Below are positions 1 through 12,017 of a stretch of 64,000 nucleotides of DNA, piece after piece. The position numbers and the translations under genes were made by a program. Below the pieces are notes generated by a model. It was given only the letters and a program-made list of their open reading frames with translations, made no database searches and had not been told where the DNA came from. The stretch comes from Escherichia coli (GTDB lineage: Bacteria > Pseudomonadota > Gammaproteobacteria > Enterobacterales > Enterobacteriaceae). The stretch is from the NCBI RefSeq assembly GCF_024700885.2, contig NZ_CP117016.1; one strand, 5' to 3'. The stretch's first letter is position 1. Each line of letters opens with the position of its first letter.

Positions 1-806
1 GTAAGCTCCAGTGCCTGACATAACGCAGAAAAAAGCTTGTCATTACCACAACAAATAGTAATCGGCTTATCCTGAGTATCAAAAACATCAAAAGGTGCCA
101 TGTAGGGATGGCGATTTCCCAGGCGTTGTGGTGACTTCCCTGTCGCAATATATGCCATCAGACCATGCTCCAGAAAACTCAGCGTGGCATCAAACATCGC
201 TATATCGACATGCGCCCCTCTCTGGCTCTTTTCGCGGCCATAAAGTGCACTCACTATTCCGCTGAATAAATAGACACCGCCACATAAATCCGCAAGAGAG
301 GTACCCACGCGCACTGGCGGAGCATCAGGGTACCCTGTTTCCATCATTATCCCGCTCATTGCCTGAATAATGGTATCGTAGGCAGGAGCATCTTTTAACG
401 GACCGGTATGCCCGAAACCCGACGATGAAGCATATATGAGGCGCGGGTTGATTTCTTGTAACCTTTCCCATGAAAACCCCAGTTTTTCCATTGTACCTGG
501 GCGAAAATTCTCAGCTAATACATCCGCTTGTTTAAGCATATTTATAAATATGCTTTTATCGTGATCATTCTTTAAATCAAGAACCACACTCTCTTTGCCA
601 TGATTAATAAAACTGTAATAGAGTGACTGTCCATCCACATAGGGACCAAATGTGCGGGTATCATCACCATGACCTGGCGGCTCAACTTTAATTACCCTTG
701 CGCCCATATTACAAAGAAGTTGAGTTCCGAAAGGCCCATTAAGGACATGCGTCATATCGATAACTAATAAGCCTTCAAACGGCCCTTTACATTCATTATT
801 GGTCAT
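1..806 (-). CDS. yfdE: Acetyl-CoA:oxalate CoA-transferase (family III CoA-transferase); 5' part only, 3' end lies beyond the window start
   Basis: Minus-strand frame open to the window edge; N-terminus MTNNECKGPFEGLLVIDMTHVLNGP read from the ATG at 804-806; sits next to yfdV-oxc-frc. Confidence 0.8.
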   Translation of the reverse strand, partial: MTNNECKGPFEGLLVIDMTHVLNGPFGTQLLCNMGARVIKVEPPGHGDDTRTFGPYVDGQSLYYSFINHGKESVVLDLKNDHDKSIFINMLKQADVLAENFRPGTMEKLGFSWERLQEINPRLIYASSSGFGHTGPLKDAPAYDTIIQAMSGIMMETGYPDAPPVRVGTSLADLCGGVYLFSGIVSALYGREKSQRGAHVDIAMFDATLSFLEHGLMAYIATGKSPQRLGNRHPYMAPFDVFDTQDKPITICCGNDKLFSALCQALEL

Positions 807-820
807 TTGCTTATACCTTG

Positions 821-851
821 AAAAAAGCCGAAGGTGAAAAGACACTTCGGC
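821..851 (-). terminator. Putative rho-independent terminator downstream of yfdV
   Basis: GC stem gccgaag/cttcggc (827-833 / 845-851) followed on the minus strand by a T-run (complement of the A-run at 821-826). Confidence 0.45.
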
Positions 852-879
852 ATTTATGTAAAATCAATAACATGATTAA

Positions 880-1824
880 TTATGAAACCAGTCGACTGAC
901 ATAAATCCACAAGGGAGCCGTGACGACAAAACCCAGTACGCTCACAGCCAATGACGCTGTACCAGTGCGGGTGTAGACATTAAACCGACTGGCAATAATG
1001 ATTCCGGAGAATGCCGGCGGTAAAGCGCCTGCCAGTACCATCATCTGCAAATGTTCGCTGTTCAAATGACATGCCATACCAACGAGAAGCAGCGCCAGTG
1101 GCATCAGAATCAGCTTCAGGAAGGTGTTATAAGCAATTTCGGCACTGAACTCGAATTTATGTGCAGCCAGAGTCAACCCCGCAGCGAATACCGCTACCCC
1201 TGAGTTAGCCTTCGCAATCAGATTAAAGGTTGGGTCCCATGCTGCCGGAATTTTTACCCCAACCAACACCAGGATCGTTGCCAGAACAGGTGCCCATACT
1301 ACTGGCTCCTTTGCCGCAGAAATTAATGCGCTCAGATTACTATTCTTCTTACCATCCGCTCCTGAGGAAGGATTCAGCAAATACAGACCAATAGGAATAG
1401 TAATTGCGTTAACAATAATAGAAATAATTGCTACCACTAAACCTGTTGATACGGAATCACCATAAATAGGGTCGAGAACTGCAAACCCCAGGAATCCGAT
1501 GGTAGGTGAGCCTGCAATTAATGCACATACTGCTGCTTCTGCATGGGTACGTTTAAAAAATTTGTAGCAACCAAACCAGGAGAAAAAGAAACATCCGACA
1601 ATAACCACAAGTGATACAAGGGTCAGGCGAGTGTCCGCAAAAATCATTTCCCTGTTTGCCCGGGTAATAGAAACAAATAGGGCCGCAGGAAGAGCGTAGT
1701 TTAATACCAGTTTATTAAATGCCCGAGCTTGATCTTCTGAAAAAGTTTCTCGTCTGCCGCTAAAATAACCCAACAGCATGATTACGATAATAGGCAATAA
1801 ATCGCCAATAAAAAATGTTAGCAT
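880..1824 (-). CDS. yfdV: AEC-family (auxin efflux carrier-like) membrane transporter
   Basis: 314-aa polytopic membrane protein [21 protein letters not shown]; position between yfdE and oxc. Confidence 0.85.
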
Positions 1825-1892
1825 AATAGTATTTCCGATAAGGGTCCCCTCACCATCGATAATGAGTTGGCAAGAGGAGACGATGTCAGTAT

Positions 1893-3587
1893 TTAATTAC
1901 CAGCGACTTGTTTTGGGTTAAGTTTGGTAATATGGCCACTTTCAGTTCCTGCTGCAGGGTCGATGACCACATTAATAATGGTCGGTTTGCGCGACTGAAT
2001 ACCGGTAGTTAAAGCATGACGAAGTTCATCTGTCGTGGTGACGTTATAACCAACGCCACGAAACGCATCCATTAATTTGTCATACCTTGCATGGTGCAAT
2101 AGATCTGTTGGTGATGGTGCACCAGCGCCACTGAGATCAACACCGTCTCCTCTGTAGATGCCGCCATTATTAAAAATAACGATCGTCACCGGCAGGTTAT
2201 ATCGACAAATCGTTTCAATCTCCATCCCACTGAAACCAAAAGCACTATCACCTTCAATGGCGACAACCGGAGAACCAGAGGTCACGCTAGCACCGATGGC
2301 ATAGCCCATACCGATGCCCATGACACCCCAGGTGCCACAATCCAGACGACGACGTGGTTTATACATATCAATAATATTTCGTGCATTATCCAAGGTATTT
2401 GCCCCTTCATTAACTAAATAAATATCCTGGTTCTCACGCAATACATCGCGCACAGCACTCAATGCATTAAAGTAATTTAATGGTTGGGTATCTGTACTTA
2501 ACTTTTCATGCATTTTTTGCGCATTTTGCTGCTTGTGGATATTTAAAATATCGCGCCACACCAGCGGAGTCGTAAATGTGTTTTGTTTCAATTCTGCCAG
2601 CATACCTTGCATACTGGATGCAATATCGCCAACGACTGGCACAGCAATGGGGCGGTTGCTGTCAATTTCCTGCGGTTCAATATCCAGTTGAATAAACTGT
2701 GTATCTGCCGCCCATCCTTTTTTACCGTGCGCCAGTAACCAATTCAGTCGTGCACCAACAAGCATGACAACGTCAGCATTTGCCAGGGCAAACGAACGCG
2801 CAGCTGCCGCAGAAAGTGGATGCGTATCTTCCAGGATCCCTTTCGCCATAGACATTGGCAGGAATGGAATCTGGGCACTTTCAATAAATTCACGAAGCTG
2901 TTCATCAGCTTGTGAATACGCCGCGCCTTTGCCAAGGATAACTAATGGACGTTCAGCTTTTGCTAAAAGCGAAATTGCGCTAGTGACTGACTTCGGGCAT
3001 GGCAATAATGCTGGCGACGGATTTTCAACTTTAACAATCGTGGTTAACGCTTCGTCTTTTTCCATCGTCGCGGCCAGGACATTTGCTGGTAAATCAAGAT
3101 AAACTCCGCCAGGGCGACCCGATACTGAGACCCGGATAGCGCGTGCCAATGCAATGCCAAGATCCTGCGGCTGATTAACGCGGAATGCTGCTTTGGCATA
3201 CGGTTTTGCCGCATTCATTTGGTCCAGCTCTTCATAATCACCTTGCTGTAGGTCGACGATCGCGCGGTCGCTGGAGCCGCTAATCATGATCATCGGAAAA
3301 CCATTTACCGTTGCGTTGGCCAATGCGGTCAAACCATTGAGGAATCCTGGCGCAGACACTGTCAGGCAGATCCCCGGTTTTTGGGTAAGAAAACCGCTTG
3401 CCGCAGCGGCATAGCCTGCCGACTGCTCATGACGAAAACCAATATAACGAATGCCTTCCGCCTGGGCATGGCGCGCCATATCCGTCACAGGAATACCTAC
3501 AACACCATAAATAGTGTCAATATCATTCTGTTTTAATGCTTCAACGATGATATGCATACCATCTGTCATTTGAAGTTGATCTGACAT
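1893..3587 (-). CDS. oxc: Oxalyl-CoA decarboxylase (thiamine-diphosphate dependent)
   Basis: 564-aa ORF with TPP-enzyme fold motifs (GVVGIPV near the N-terminus, [15 protein letters not shown] near the C-terminus); adjacent to frc. Confidence 0.9.
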
Positions 3588-3640
3588 GATTAATAACCTC
3601 GAAATTTTTATAAATTGGGAGCCAGAAGCCCCCGTTAATA

Positions 3641-4891
3641 TCAGATGGCGTGGTTTTGCTTCATTGCAGCAATTTCATCGTCGCTATAACCCAGCTCCTG
3701 CAATACAGCAGCGGTATGTTCACCTAATAGCGGCGCAGCTTTAATATCCGGCGTAAAGGCAGAGAATTTCATTGGACAACCAACTGTCAGATATTTTCCA
3801 CGCAACGGTTGTTCCACTTCGACGACACTGCCACTTTGGCGCAAAGAGGGATCAAGTGAAATTTCTTTCATACTTAAAACCGGTGCGCAAGGAATATCAA
3901 ACTGAGTCAAATAGGCCACCGCTTCATGTTTATCAATAGTGACAGTGTATTTTTCGATTTCAGCAAAAATATCGAAAATATGTGGCTGTCGGGCATGGGC
4001 TGTACTGTATGCCGGATCGGTAATCCAATCTGGTTTGCCGATGGCTTTACAGGTGTTTTCCCAGTTTTGCTCCTGAATAGTGAAATAAATATAGGCGTTA
4101 GGATCGGTTTCCCAGCCTTTACATTTCAGGATCCAGCCAGGCTGACCGCCACCACCCGCATTACCTCCGCGGGGAACTGCATCACCAAATGTGCCATTCG
4201 GATACTGCGGGTATTCTTCCAGATAACCCAATTTATCGAGACGCTGCTGGTCGCGTAATTTCACGCGGCAAAGGTTCAATACGGCATCCTGCATTGACAT
4301 GGTAACTCGTTGACCACGCCCCGTTTTTTCGCGATGCAGCAAAGCAGCAAGTAAACCGATCAGCAAATGCATTCCGGTGTTGCTGTCACCCAACGCTGCA
4401 GCGCTTACCAGCGGCGGGCCGTCCCAAAAACCTGTAGTGGATGCCGCACCACCCGCTGCCTGAGCAACGTTTTCATAGGCTTTTACATTCACATAAGGCG
4501 AACACTCATCAAACCCTTTGATCGAACCAAAAATCAAACGTGGATTGATTTCTTGAATATGCTCCCAGGTGAAGCCCATGTGATCAATGGCCCCTGGATG
4601 AAAGTTCTCGACTAAGATATCAGCTTCGCGGATCAGCTTTTCCATTACCTCTTTGCCTTCCGCTGTTTTGGTATTTAATTCAATAGAACGTTTGTTACTG
4701 TTAAGCATGGTGAAGTAAAGCGCATCGATATCAGGAATATCTCGCAGCTGGTGACGCGTTACGTCACCAACGCCGGGACGTTCAATTTTAATGACGTCAG
4801 CGCCAAACCAGGCCAGCATTTGAGTACAAGATGGGCCAGATTGCACACCGGTGAAATCGAGAACTTTAATTCCTTGAAGTGGAGTTGACAT
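3641..4891 (-). CDS. frc: Formyl-CoA:oxalate CoA-transferase
   Basis: 416-aa ORF, N-terminus [43 protein letters not shown] typical of family III CoA-transferases. Confidence 0.9.
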   Translation of the reverse strand: MSTPLQGIKVLDFTGVQSGPSCTQMLAWFGADVIKIERPGVGDVTRHQLRDIPDIDALYFTMLNSNKRSIELNTKTAEGKEVMEKLIREADILVENFHPGAIDHMGFTWEHIQEINPRLIFGSIKGFDECSPYVNVKAYENVAQAAGGAASTTGFWDGPPLVSAAALGDSNTGMHLLIGLLAALLHREKTGRGQRVTMSMQDAVLNLCRVKLRDQQRLDKLGYLEEYPQYPNGTFGDAVPRGGNAGGGGQPGWILKCKGWETDPNAYIYFTIQEQNWENTCKAIGKPDWITDPAYSTAHARQPHIFDIFAEIEKYTVTIDKHEAVAYLTQFDIPCAPVLSMKEISLDPSLRQSGSVVEVEQPLRGKYLTVGCPMKFSAFTPDIKAAPLLGEHTAAVLQELGYSDDEIAAMKQNHAI

Positions 4892-5142
4892 AGCAATACC
4901 TATTAGTTAATTAAATATATGTTAATTTAGCGTTTATTTAAGGCATAACGCCCTCTATAAATAATCCGCAAAATATCGTCGTAGCTGCACTCGATATTTT
5001 TAAATTCCTGTATCAAGTGCTGAAAATCATTTCATCGCCACTTCCAATTCCTTTCTGCATGGTAAGTAGTGAGGACGAAAAGAAGAATATGATAAATATT
5101 GGTTCGCGGTAATCAGAGAGAGCCGCGACATTTGTGATGTTA

Positions 5143-5160
5143 TTCTTACAACTGTAAGAA
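5143..5160. promoter_or_regulatory. Candidate EvgA box: perfect 18-bp palindrome TTCTTACA-AC-TGTAAGAA, about 250 bp upstream of frc
   Basis: Exact 8-N2-8 inverted repeat read directly; matches the EvgA box consensus TTCPyTACA-N2-TGTAPuGAA as I recall it. Confidence 0.5.
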
Positions 5161-5403
5161 GCGCCGGTGATTTACAAGTAAGGGTATGATTACGCCTTTT
5201 AAAGCGTACCATAAAACATAACATAATAAATGATTTGTGATGACACGGGATTATTGCGGTTTACTTTGAGGAAGATAAAATGCGAGTTTATAGAACCGCG
5301 AGCGCCAAATAATTTTATGACCACAACCTGTCGTATTGTGGTCATAAAAAATTGTCGGCTGGAGGGAGTTAAATCCTTTACCTCAATATACTGCCTGTCA
5401 GCG

Positions 5404-6036
5404 TTAGTTCACAAACAGTGCTTCGCTATCGACGATGATTCCATCTTCCGCACCTTTAAGCGCCAGGTTTGCCTCGTAGTATTGCTTTTTATCAAGCAGT
5501 TTCTGCGCATCAGCAAGTGCATTACGAGTCTGTTTGAGCGGCATCAGATATTGGTTTTCCATTACGCCAACACCGGCCAGGCGCAGCTCTTCCATTGCGC
5601 CCTTTTTATCCCCTTTCGCCATTTTTTCGTTGGCAATTTTTATCGCGGCTTCTTTTTCGGGTGTCGCTACATAACTCTCAGAAATTCCGACAGATGCATT
5701 AATGACAATATATTGGTCATCATTGACATTGGTCTTTTTACCTGGCTTAGCGAACTTTGCCCATTCGGTACTGTCATCTGACAACAAAGCTGAAGCTTCA
5801 TTGGTCAGTTCTTTTGCCTTTTCCGGATCGCCATGAAACAGAGCCAGGCGCGCTACCTGCACGTCACGCATCGCATATAAACCTTGTTCAGAGATACGCT
5901 CTGCTGCTGCCGTTTTCTGGGTTTGCTGAACTTGCTGAGTTTGCTGTTGTGCCGCTACCGGTGCATTATCAGCCGCCCATACAGTTGAAGATGCCAGAAT
6001 TGCTGTGACCATCGTAGCCATAATTAAACGTTTCAT
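5404..6036 (-). CDS. yfdX: YfdX-family periplasmic protein (signal peptide, EvgA-regulon member)
   Basis: 210-aa ORF with N-terminal signal peptide [21 protein letters not shown]; position between frc and ypdI. Confidence 0.85.
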   Translation of the reverse strand: MKRLIMATMVTAILASSTVWAADNAPVAAQQQTQQVQQTQKTAAAERISEQGLYAMRDVQVARLALFHGDPEKAKELTNEASALLSDDSTEWAKFAKPGKKTNVNDDQYIVINASVGISESYVATPEKEAAIKIANEKMAKGDKKGAMEELRLAGVGVMENQYLMPLKQTRNALADAQKLLDKKQYYEANLALKGAEDGIIVDSEALFVN

Positions 6037-6133
6037 ACTTACCTCATTCTTTAACAGTTTTAGAAAACGCCGCCATCATATTGGGTGAGCATGAAATGAG
6101 AAATCAGAGAGCAACGGTCATTTTGAAAGGGTT

Positions 6134-6151
6134 ATCTTACAGTTGTAGTTA
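6134..6151. promoter_or_regulatory. Weak EvgA-box-like inverted repeat upstream of yfdX
   Basis: aTCTTACA-gt-TGTAGtta, about 13 of 16 positions match the consensus. Confidence 0.3.
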
Positions 6152-6171
6152 TTATCGCAAGAAGTATTTTA

Positions 6172-6189
6172 GTCTTACAATTGTAGGAA
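6172..6189. promoter_or_regulatory. EvgA-box-like inverted repeat upstream of yfdX
   Basis: gTCTTACA-at-TGTAGGAA, 15 of 16 positions match the consensus; about 140 bp upstream of the yfdX start. Confidence 0.45.
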
Positions 6190-6331
6190 TATGCTTCCTG
6201 TCGCAGAGAACTATTCTTATATACCACAAAGAGATGTCATTTATTATATCGATGTAAATACTGATTAATTAAATGTAAATACAGCCATAACATCGTAGGT
6301 TCTCAGTGAGCCATTCTCAGGATAACTTTCT

Positions 6332-6607
6332 ATGAAAGTAAACTTAATGCTTTTTAGCTTATTTTTATTGGTCTCTATTATGGCATGCAATGTTTTTGCA
6401 TTTTCCATTTCTGGTGGTGGAAGTGAGACGAGCTATAAAGAGACAGAAAAAACGTCAGTGATGACGACAACTCATTCTACAAAACTTCAGCCATCACAGG
6501 CGATTTTGTTTAAGATGAGAGAAGATGCGCTACCATTAAATCTCACAGAAGACATCACGCCCCCTTTTCCGACAAAGGCGAATTATCTTATTCATCCTGT
6601 GCGATAG
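6332..6607 (+). CDS. ypdI: Small putative lipoprotein
   Basis: 91-aa ORF with signal peptide and lipobox-like SIMAC motif; position matches ypdI. Confidence 0.65.
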   Translation: MKVNLMLFSLFLLVSIMACNVFAFSISGGGSETSYKETEKTSVMTTTHSTKLQPSQAILFKMREDALPLNLTEDITPPFPTKANYLIHPVR

Positions 6608-6683
6608 CGTCTGTCACATGGCAGGTGAACAATCATATCTGTTGATGATGTGAGCACCTGCCCAAATGATCCATCCTGAACTA

Positions 6684-6926
6684 CTACCGCCTGCCATACC
6701 CCACCATAAAGCGAATCATCAAGCCACAAGCCGGGGCAAGAAACATAAATATCCCCGTCACTAGTTCATTACCGCCTGTTAACCACATGGTGAAGTAGTA
6801 AATGAGTGCAGCGAGGATCACCATGCCGAAGAAAGAAGAGACCGCCGAGACCACGTTCAGTACCTGACCGATGTATCCGCTTACGCAGACAATACACAGG
6901 GCGAGAAACATCCATAAATAAATCAT
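6684..6926 (-). CDS. yfdY: Small inner-membrane protein (DUF2545-like)
   Basis: 80-aa ORF with two hydrophobic helices; position matches yfdY. Confidence 0.65.
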   Translation of the reverse strand: MIYLWMFLALCIVCVSGYIGQVLNVVSAVSSFFGMVILAALIYYFTMWLTGGNELVTGIFMFLAPACGLMIRFMVGYGRR

Positions 6927-7278
6927 AGCTCAACCTCCTGCCGCGCTAAAAAACCTGTAACTTCAGTCACTTTAATAGTAAGACAATCCTTAACCTCTGG
7001 CAATTTTTGCTAAGCATCAATGAAAACAGCATGTTAAATGCAAGACTGTTGCGTACGGAAAAATATTTACTTTGCACGATTAATAATCAGTAGCTGAAAG
7101 CAGTCAGCCAGTGATAAAGTACAGATACCGCATTCATGCTCCTCGTGGTTATGTCCTGACTAGTCTTTACACTCTTTACAGGAACCATTGTCGTACATGA
7201 TGGCCCAACCAATTGAGTGTACCGCTGTCGACATGGAATCTTCTGCGATACAACAATTCGTATCTACAGAAGGTAACT

Positions 7279-8199
7279 ATGTTTCCACAATGCAAATTTT
7301 CCCGCGAGTTTCTACATCCTCGCTACTGGCTCACATGGTTTGGGCTTGGTGTACTCTGGCTTTGGGTACAGCTTCCTTATCCTGTTCTCTGCTTTCTCGG
7401 CACGCGTATTGGCGCAATAGCGCGACCATTCCTGAAACGGCGTGAATCTATCGCCCGTAAAAACCTGGAACTTTGTTTCCCACAGCATTCTGCGGAAGAA
7501 CGCGAGAAGATGATTGCCGAAAACTTTCGTTCACTCGGCATGGCGCTGGTAGAAACCGGCATGGCGTGGTTCTGGCCCGACAGTCGCGTACGTAAATGGT
7601 TTGATGTTGAAGGGTTGGATAACCTTAAACGCGCACAAATGCAAAATCGCGGCGTAATGGTTGTCGGCGTCCATTTTATGTCGCTGGAACTGGGCGGCCG
7701 CGTGATGGGACTGTGCCAACCAATGATGGCTACCTATCGTCCACATAATAATCAGCTGATGGAATGGGTGCAGACCCGTGGGCGCATGCGCTCTAACAAA
7801 GCGATGATCGGCAGAAATAATCTGCGCGGCATTGTCGGTGCACTGAAGAAAGGTGAAGCGGTATGGTTTGCTCCCGATCAGGATTATGGTCGTAAAGGCA
7901 GCTCCTTCGCGCCGTTCTTTGCGGTGGAAAATGTCGCCACAACCAATGGTACGTATGTCCTTTCACGTCTCTCTGGCGCAGCCATGTTAACCGTAACGAT
8001 GGTAAGAAAAGCGGATTACAGCGGATATCGTTTGTACATCACCCCAGAGATGGAAGGCTACCCGGCAGATGAAAATCAAGCCGCTGCCTATATGAACAAG
8101 ATTATCGAAAAAGAGATCATGCGCGCACCGGAGCAGTACCTCTGGATCCACCGTCGCTTTAAAACGCGCCCGGTGGGAGAATCGTCGCTATACATTTAA
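7279..8199 (+). CDS. lpxP: Lipid A palmitoleoyl acyltransferase (cold-induced late acyltransferase)
   Basis: LpxL/LpxP-family ORF; six-frame ORF starts at 7213 but the ATG at 7279 (MFPQCKFSREF...) gives the expected 306 aa. Confidence 0.85.
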   Translation: MFPQCKFSREFLHPRYWLTWFGLGVLWLWVQLPYPVLCFLGTRIGAIARPFLKRRESIARKNLELCFPQHSAEEREKMIAENFRSLGMALVETGMAWFWPDSRVRKWFDVEGLDNLKRAQMQNRGVMVVGVHFMSLELGGRVMGLCQPMMATYRPHNNQLMEWVQTRGRMRSNKAMIGRNNLRGIVGALKKGEAVWFAPDQDYGRKGSSFAPFFAVENVATTNGTYVLSRLSGAAMLTVTMVRKADYSGYRLYITPEMEGYPADENQAAAYMNKIIEKEIMRAPEQYLWIHRRFKTRPVGESSLYI

Positions 8200-8554
8200 C
8201 AAACTGCTCTTACTCTTTCCCTCCTCAAATCAGCCATAATAACCTCATGGTTTTTATGGCTTTTTTCTTAAGGTTTTTTCCTTCGCTGAATCTCTAATTA
8301 TTACCGTCAGAAATTAAACTGTCGCCGATATGAGACACCTGTAAGTTACTAAAAGTAAATAAGAAAATGCCTCTTGTCTCGTTTCAGTTTTAGGCGTACA
8401 TTAGCGCCGTCTGGAGCAGTTTAGCTCAGAATTCTGGGGTGATGCCCACGGTAAAATACAGGACTTTTAAGGTCGTTTTGCCCGGTGTCAACTCACTGTA
8501 TCAGGTGTAATGAAGTCATTCAGGCGTAACAGTAATTACGCGGAGAGATGTAAA

Positions 8555-8626
8555 GTGAAATATTTCTTTATGGGCATTTCTTTTATGGTCATCGTTTGGG
8601 CCGGTACTTTTGCCCTGATGATCTAA
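8555..8626 (+). CDS. ypdK: Very small hydrophobic membrane protein, 23 aa
   Basis: GTG-initiated ORF encoding (M)KYFFMGISFMVIVWAGTFALMI, matching the K-12 small protein YpdK as I recall it. Confidence 0.5.
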   Translation: MKYFFMGISFMVIVWAGTFALMI

Positions 8627-8643
8627 AAGCAAACTGTGCAATG

Positions 8644-8679
8644 AAAAACAGGAGCCATCAGGCTCCTGTTTGCATTTTT
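8644..8679. terminator. Bidirectional rho-independent terminator between ypdK (+) and alaC (-)
   Basis: Stem aacaggagcc / ggctcctgtt (8647-8670) flanked by an A-run upstream and a T-run downstream. Confidence 0.55.
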
Positions 8680-8690
8680 GAGGTCGGTGT

Positions 8691-9929
8691 TTATTCCGCG
8701 TTTTCGTGAATATGTTTGCTGCTGGCGGGTAGTAAACCATCGGCACGGAACATCGCTTTAATCCCACGAATCGCCTGACGAATACGGTCGCGGTTTTCAA
8801 TCAGTGCAAAGCGAACATGCGTGTCGCCGTAGTCGCCAAAGCCAATCCCCGGAGAGACACAGACCTTCGCTTCGTTCAGCAGCTTCTTGGCAAATTCCAG
8901 CGAGCCCATGGCAGCATACGGTTCCGGGATTTTCGCCCAGACATACATCGAAGCCTTCGGCATTTCGACCATCCAGCCCGCTTCATGCAGCCCTTTTACC
9001 AGTACATCACGGCGGCGTTTGTACTGTTCAGCAATGTCGCGCACGCACTGTTGATCGCCCTCCAGCGCCGCAATCGCTGCCACCTGCAACGGCGTAAAGG
9101 TGCCGTAATCGTGATAGCTTTTAATACGTGCCAGCGCGCTGACCAGCGTTTTGTTGCCAACCATAAAGCCGATACGCCAGCCCGCCATGTTGTAGCTTTT
9201 CGACAGCGTAAAGAACTCGACCGCCACATCGCGTGCACCCGGCACCTGCATGATTGACGGCGCTTTCCAGCCATCGTAGACGATATCGGCATAGGCCAGG
9301 TCATGGACCACCAGCACATCGTAGCGTTTCGCCAGCGCCACAACCTTCTCAAAGAATTCCAGCTCCACGCATTGCGCGGTTGGATTCGACGGGAAGCCGA
9401 GGATCATCATCTTCGGTTTCGGATAACTTTCGCGAATGGCGCGTTCCAGTTCGTTGAAGAAATCGACACCTTCCACCAGCGGCACTGAGCGTACCTGCGC
9501 CCCGGCAATCACCGCGCCGTAAATATGAATCGGGTAGCTTGGATTAGGCACCAGTACAGTGTCACCATGATCCAGCGTCGCCAGCATCAGATGCGCCAGT
9601 CCCTCTTTCGAACCAATGGTGACGATGGCTTCTGATTCCGGGTCGATCTCGACGTCGTAGCGATCCTGATACCAGCGGGAAATGGCGCGACGTAACCGCG
9701 GAATGCCGCGTGAAGTAGAGTAACCATGCGTGTCCGGTCGCTGGGCCACCGTACATAATTTTTCGACGATATGCGGCGGAGTCGCACCGTCCGGGTTACC
9801 CATACTGAAATCGATAATATCTTCGCCGCGCCGACGCGCAGCCATTTTCAGTTCAGCGGTAATATTAAAAACGTAGGGCGGGAGACGATCAATGCGCGTA
9901 AAGCGACGTTCAAGGCGAGTGTCAGCCAT
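8691..9929 (-). CDS. alaC: Glutamate-pyruvate aminotransferase (PLP-dependent aminotransferase class I)
   Basis: 412-aa [51 protein letters not shown]; aminotransferase fold motifs. Confidence 0.9.
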   Translation of the reverse strand: MADTRLERRFTRIDRLPPYVFNITAELKMAARRRGEDIIDFSMGNPDGATPPHIVEKLCTVAQRPDTHGYSTSRGIPRLRRAISRWYQDRYDVEIDPESEAIVTIGSKEGLAHLMLATLDHGDTVLVPNPSYPIHIYGAVIAGAQVRSVPLVEGVDFFNELERAIRESYPKPKMMILGFPSNPTAQCVELEFFEKVVALAKRYDVLVVHDLAYADIVYDGWKAPSIMQVPGARDVAVEFFTLSKSYNMAGWRIGFMVGNKTLVSALARIKSYHDYGTFTPLQVAAIAALEGDQQCVRDIAEQYKRRRDVLVKGLHEAGWMVEMPKASMYVWAKIPEPYAAMGSLEFAKKLLNEAKVCVSPGIGFGDYGDTHVRFALIENRDRIRQAIRGIKAMFRADGLLPASSKHIHENAE

Positions 9930-10305
9930 AATTTCCTCAGATTAACGTTAGCGCCCGGACCGTCCGAGCGACGCTGCCACGATGGTGGCTGTTTTGAAAA
10001 TAGCCTGATTAATTTCTGTCTGTCCAGCGTTTTAGAACATTTTTATCAATGGCTTTAAATGAGGAACTCCACTTCAAAAACAGGAAATTTATCTGCGCTA
10101 ACAAGAAAATTACCACTCATTTTATTAACATTATAATTTCAATAAATTTACCAAGCAGATGTGCATTATCAAGAGATGCATTGCTAATACACCATTTATC
10201 TTTCAATCCCCTTTTAAAATTGTGGTTTTTCCTCAAAAACGGCCTGCTGGTCATCAGCCTTCAGGTTACCTATCATAGAGGTTTAATCCTTATTCAGAGT
10301 CACCC

Positions 10306-12003
10306 GTGCACGAAATATTCAACATGCTGCTGGCGGTCTTCGATCGGGCAGCGTTAATGCTTATCTGCCTGTTCTTTCTCATCCGTATCCGCCTGTTTCG
10401 CGAACTGTTGCACAAGTCGGCACACTCACCGAAAGAGCTGCTCGCCGTTACCGCCATTTTCTCGCTGTTCGCCCTGTTCAGCACCTGGTCCGGCGTTCCC
10501 GTAGAAGGCTCGCTGGTGAACGTACGTATTATCGCGGTGATGTCAGGCGGGATTCTTTTTGGCCCGTGGGTAGGCATTATTACCGGCGTGATCGCAGGTA
10601 TTCACCGGTATTTAATTGATATCGGCGGCGTGACGGCGATCCCCTGCTTTATCACCAGCATTCTGGCGGGTTGTATATCGGGCTGGATCAACCTGAAAAT
10701 CCCCAAAGCACAGCGCTGGCGCGTCGGTATTCTCGGCGGCATGTTATGTGAAACGTTGACCATGATTCTGGTGATTGTCTGGGCACCAACTACCGCGTTG
10801 GGGATCGATATCGTCTCTAAAATCGGGATTCCAATGATCCTCGGTAGCGTCTGTATCGGCTTTATTGTGCTGCTGGTGCAAAGCGTTGAGGGCGAAAAAG
10901 AGGCCAGCGCCGCGCGGCAGGCCAAGCTGGCGCTGGATATCGCCAACAAAACGCTGCCGCTGTTTCGCCATGTCAATAGCGAGTCATTACGCAAAGTTTG
11001 TGAAATTATCCGCGATGATATTCATGCCGATGCGGTGGCGATTACCAATACCGATCATGTGCTGGCCTATGTTGGCGTGGGTGAACACAACTATCAGAAT
11101 GGCGATGACTTCATTAGCCCGACTACCCGACAGGCGATGAATTACGGAAAAATCATCATTAAAAACAATGATGAAGCCCACCGCACACCAGAGATTCATT
11201 CCATGCTGGTGATCCCATTGTGGGAGAAAGGCGTTGTGACCGGAACACTGAAAATTTACTACTGCCACGCGCATCAGATTACGTCATCATTACAGGAAAT
11301 GGCGGTCGGTCTGTCGCAAATCATCTCCACGCAACTGGAGGTTTCACGCGCCGAGCAGCTACGTGAAATGGCAAATAAGGCAGAGCTTCGCGCCCTGCAA
11401 AGCAAAATTAATCCCCATTTCCTGTTTAACGCTTTGAACGCTATTTCATCGTCGATCCGTCTGAATCCGGATACCGCTCGCCAGCTGATCTTTAATCTGT
11501 CGCGTTATCTACGCTATAACATTGAATTAAAAGACGATGAGCAAATCGATATCAAAAAAGAGCTGTATCAAATTAAAGACTATATTGCCATTGAGCAGGC
11601 CCGCTTTGGCGACAAGCTGACGGTTATCTATGATATTGATGAAGAGGTGAATTGCTGCATTCCCAGCCTGCTGATCCAACCGTTGGTGGAGAACGCCATT
11701 GTCCACGGTATTCAGCCTTGCAAAGGTAAAGGCGTTGTCACCATCAGCGTTGCAGAGTGCGGTAATCGGGTACGCATTGCGGTGCGGGATACCGGGCACG
11801 GCATCGATCCAAAAGTCATTGAGCGGGTCGAAGCGAACGAAATGCCGGGCAATAAAATTGGCCTGCTGAATGTCCATCATCGCGTGAAGTTATTGTATGG
11901 CGAGGGACTGCATATCCGCCGTCTGGAACCAGGAACGGAAATTGCGTTTTACATTCCTAACCAACGCACCCCTGTCGCCTCACAGGCTACGTTATTGCTT
12001 TGA
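10306..12003 (+). CDS. ypdA: Sensor histidine kinase, LytS-type (multi-TM N-terminus plus HATPase)
   Basis: 565-aa ORF, GTG start; hydrophobic N-terminal half and C-terminal kinase motifs ([17 protein letters not shown]). Confidence 0.85.
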
Positions 12004-12017
12004 GCCGGAGTGATATT

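Noticed and set aside
5230-5781. 183-aa ORF overlapping yfdX on the opposite strand
   Set aside because: Overlaps the signal-peptide-bearing yfdX ORF and an AT-rich intergenic region; no support as a gene.
7188-7445. Upstream extensions and alternative-frame ORFs at the lpxP 5' end
   Set aside because: The ATG at 7279 gives the expected 306-aa acyltransferase; the longer ORF adds an unsupported N-terminal extension.
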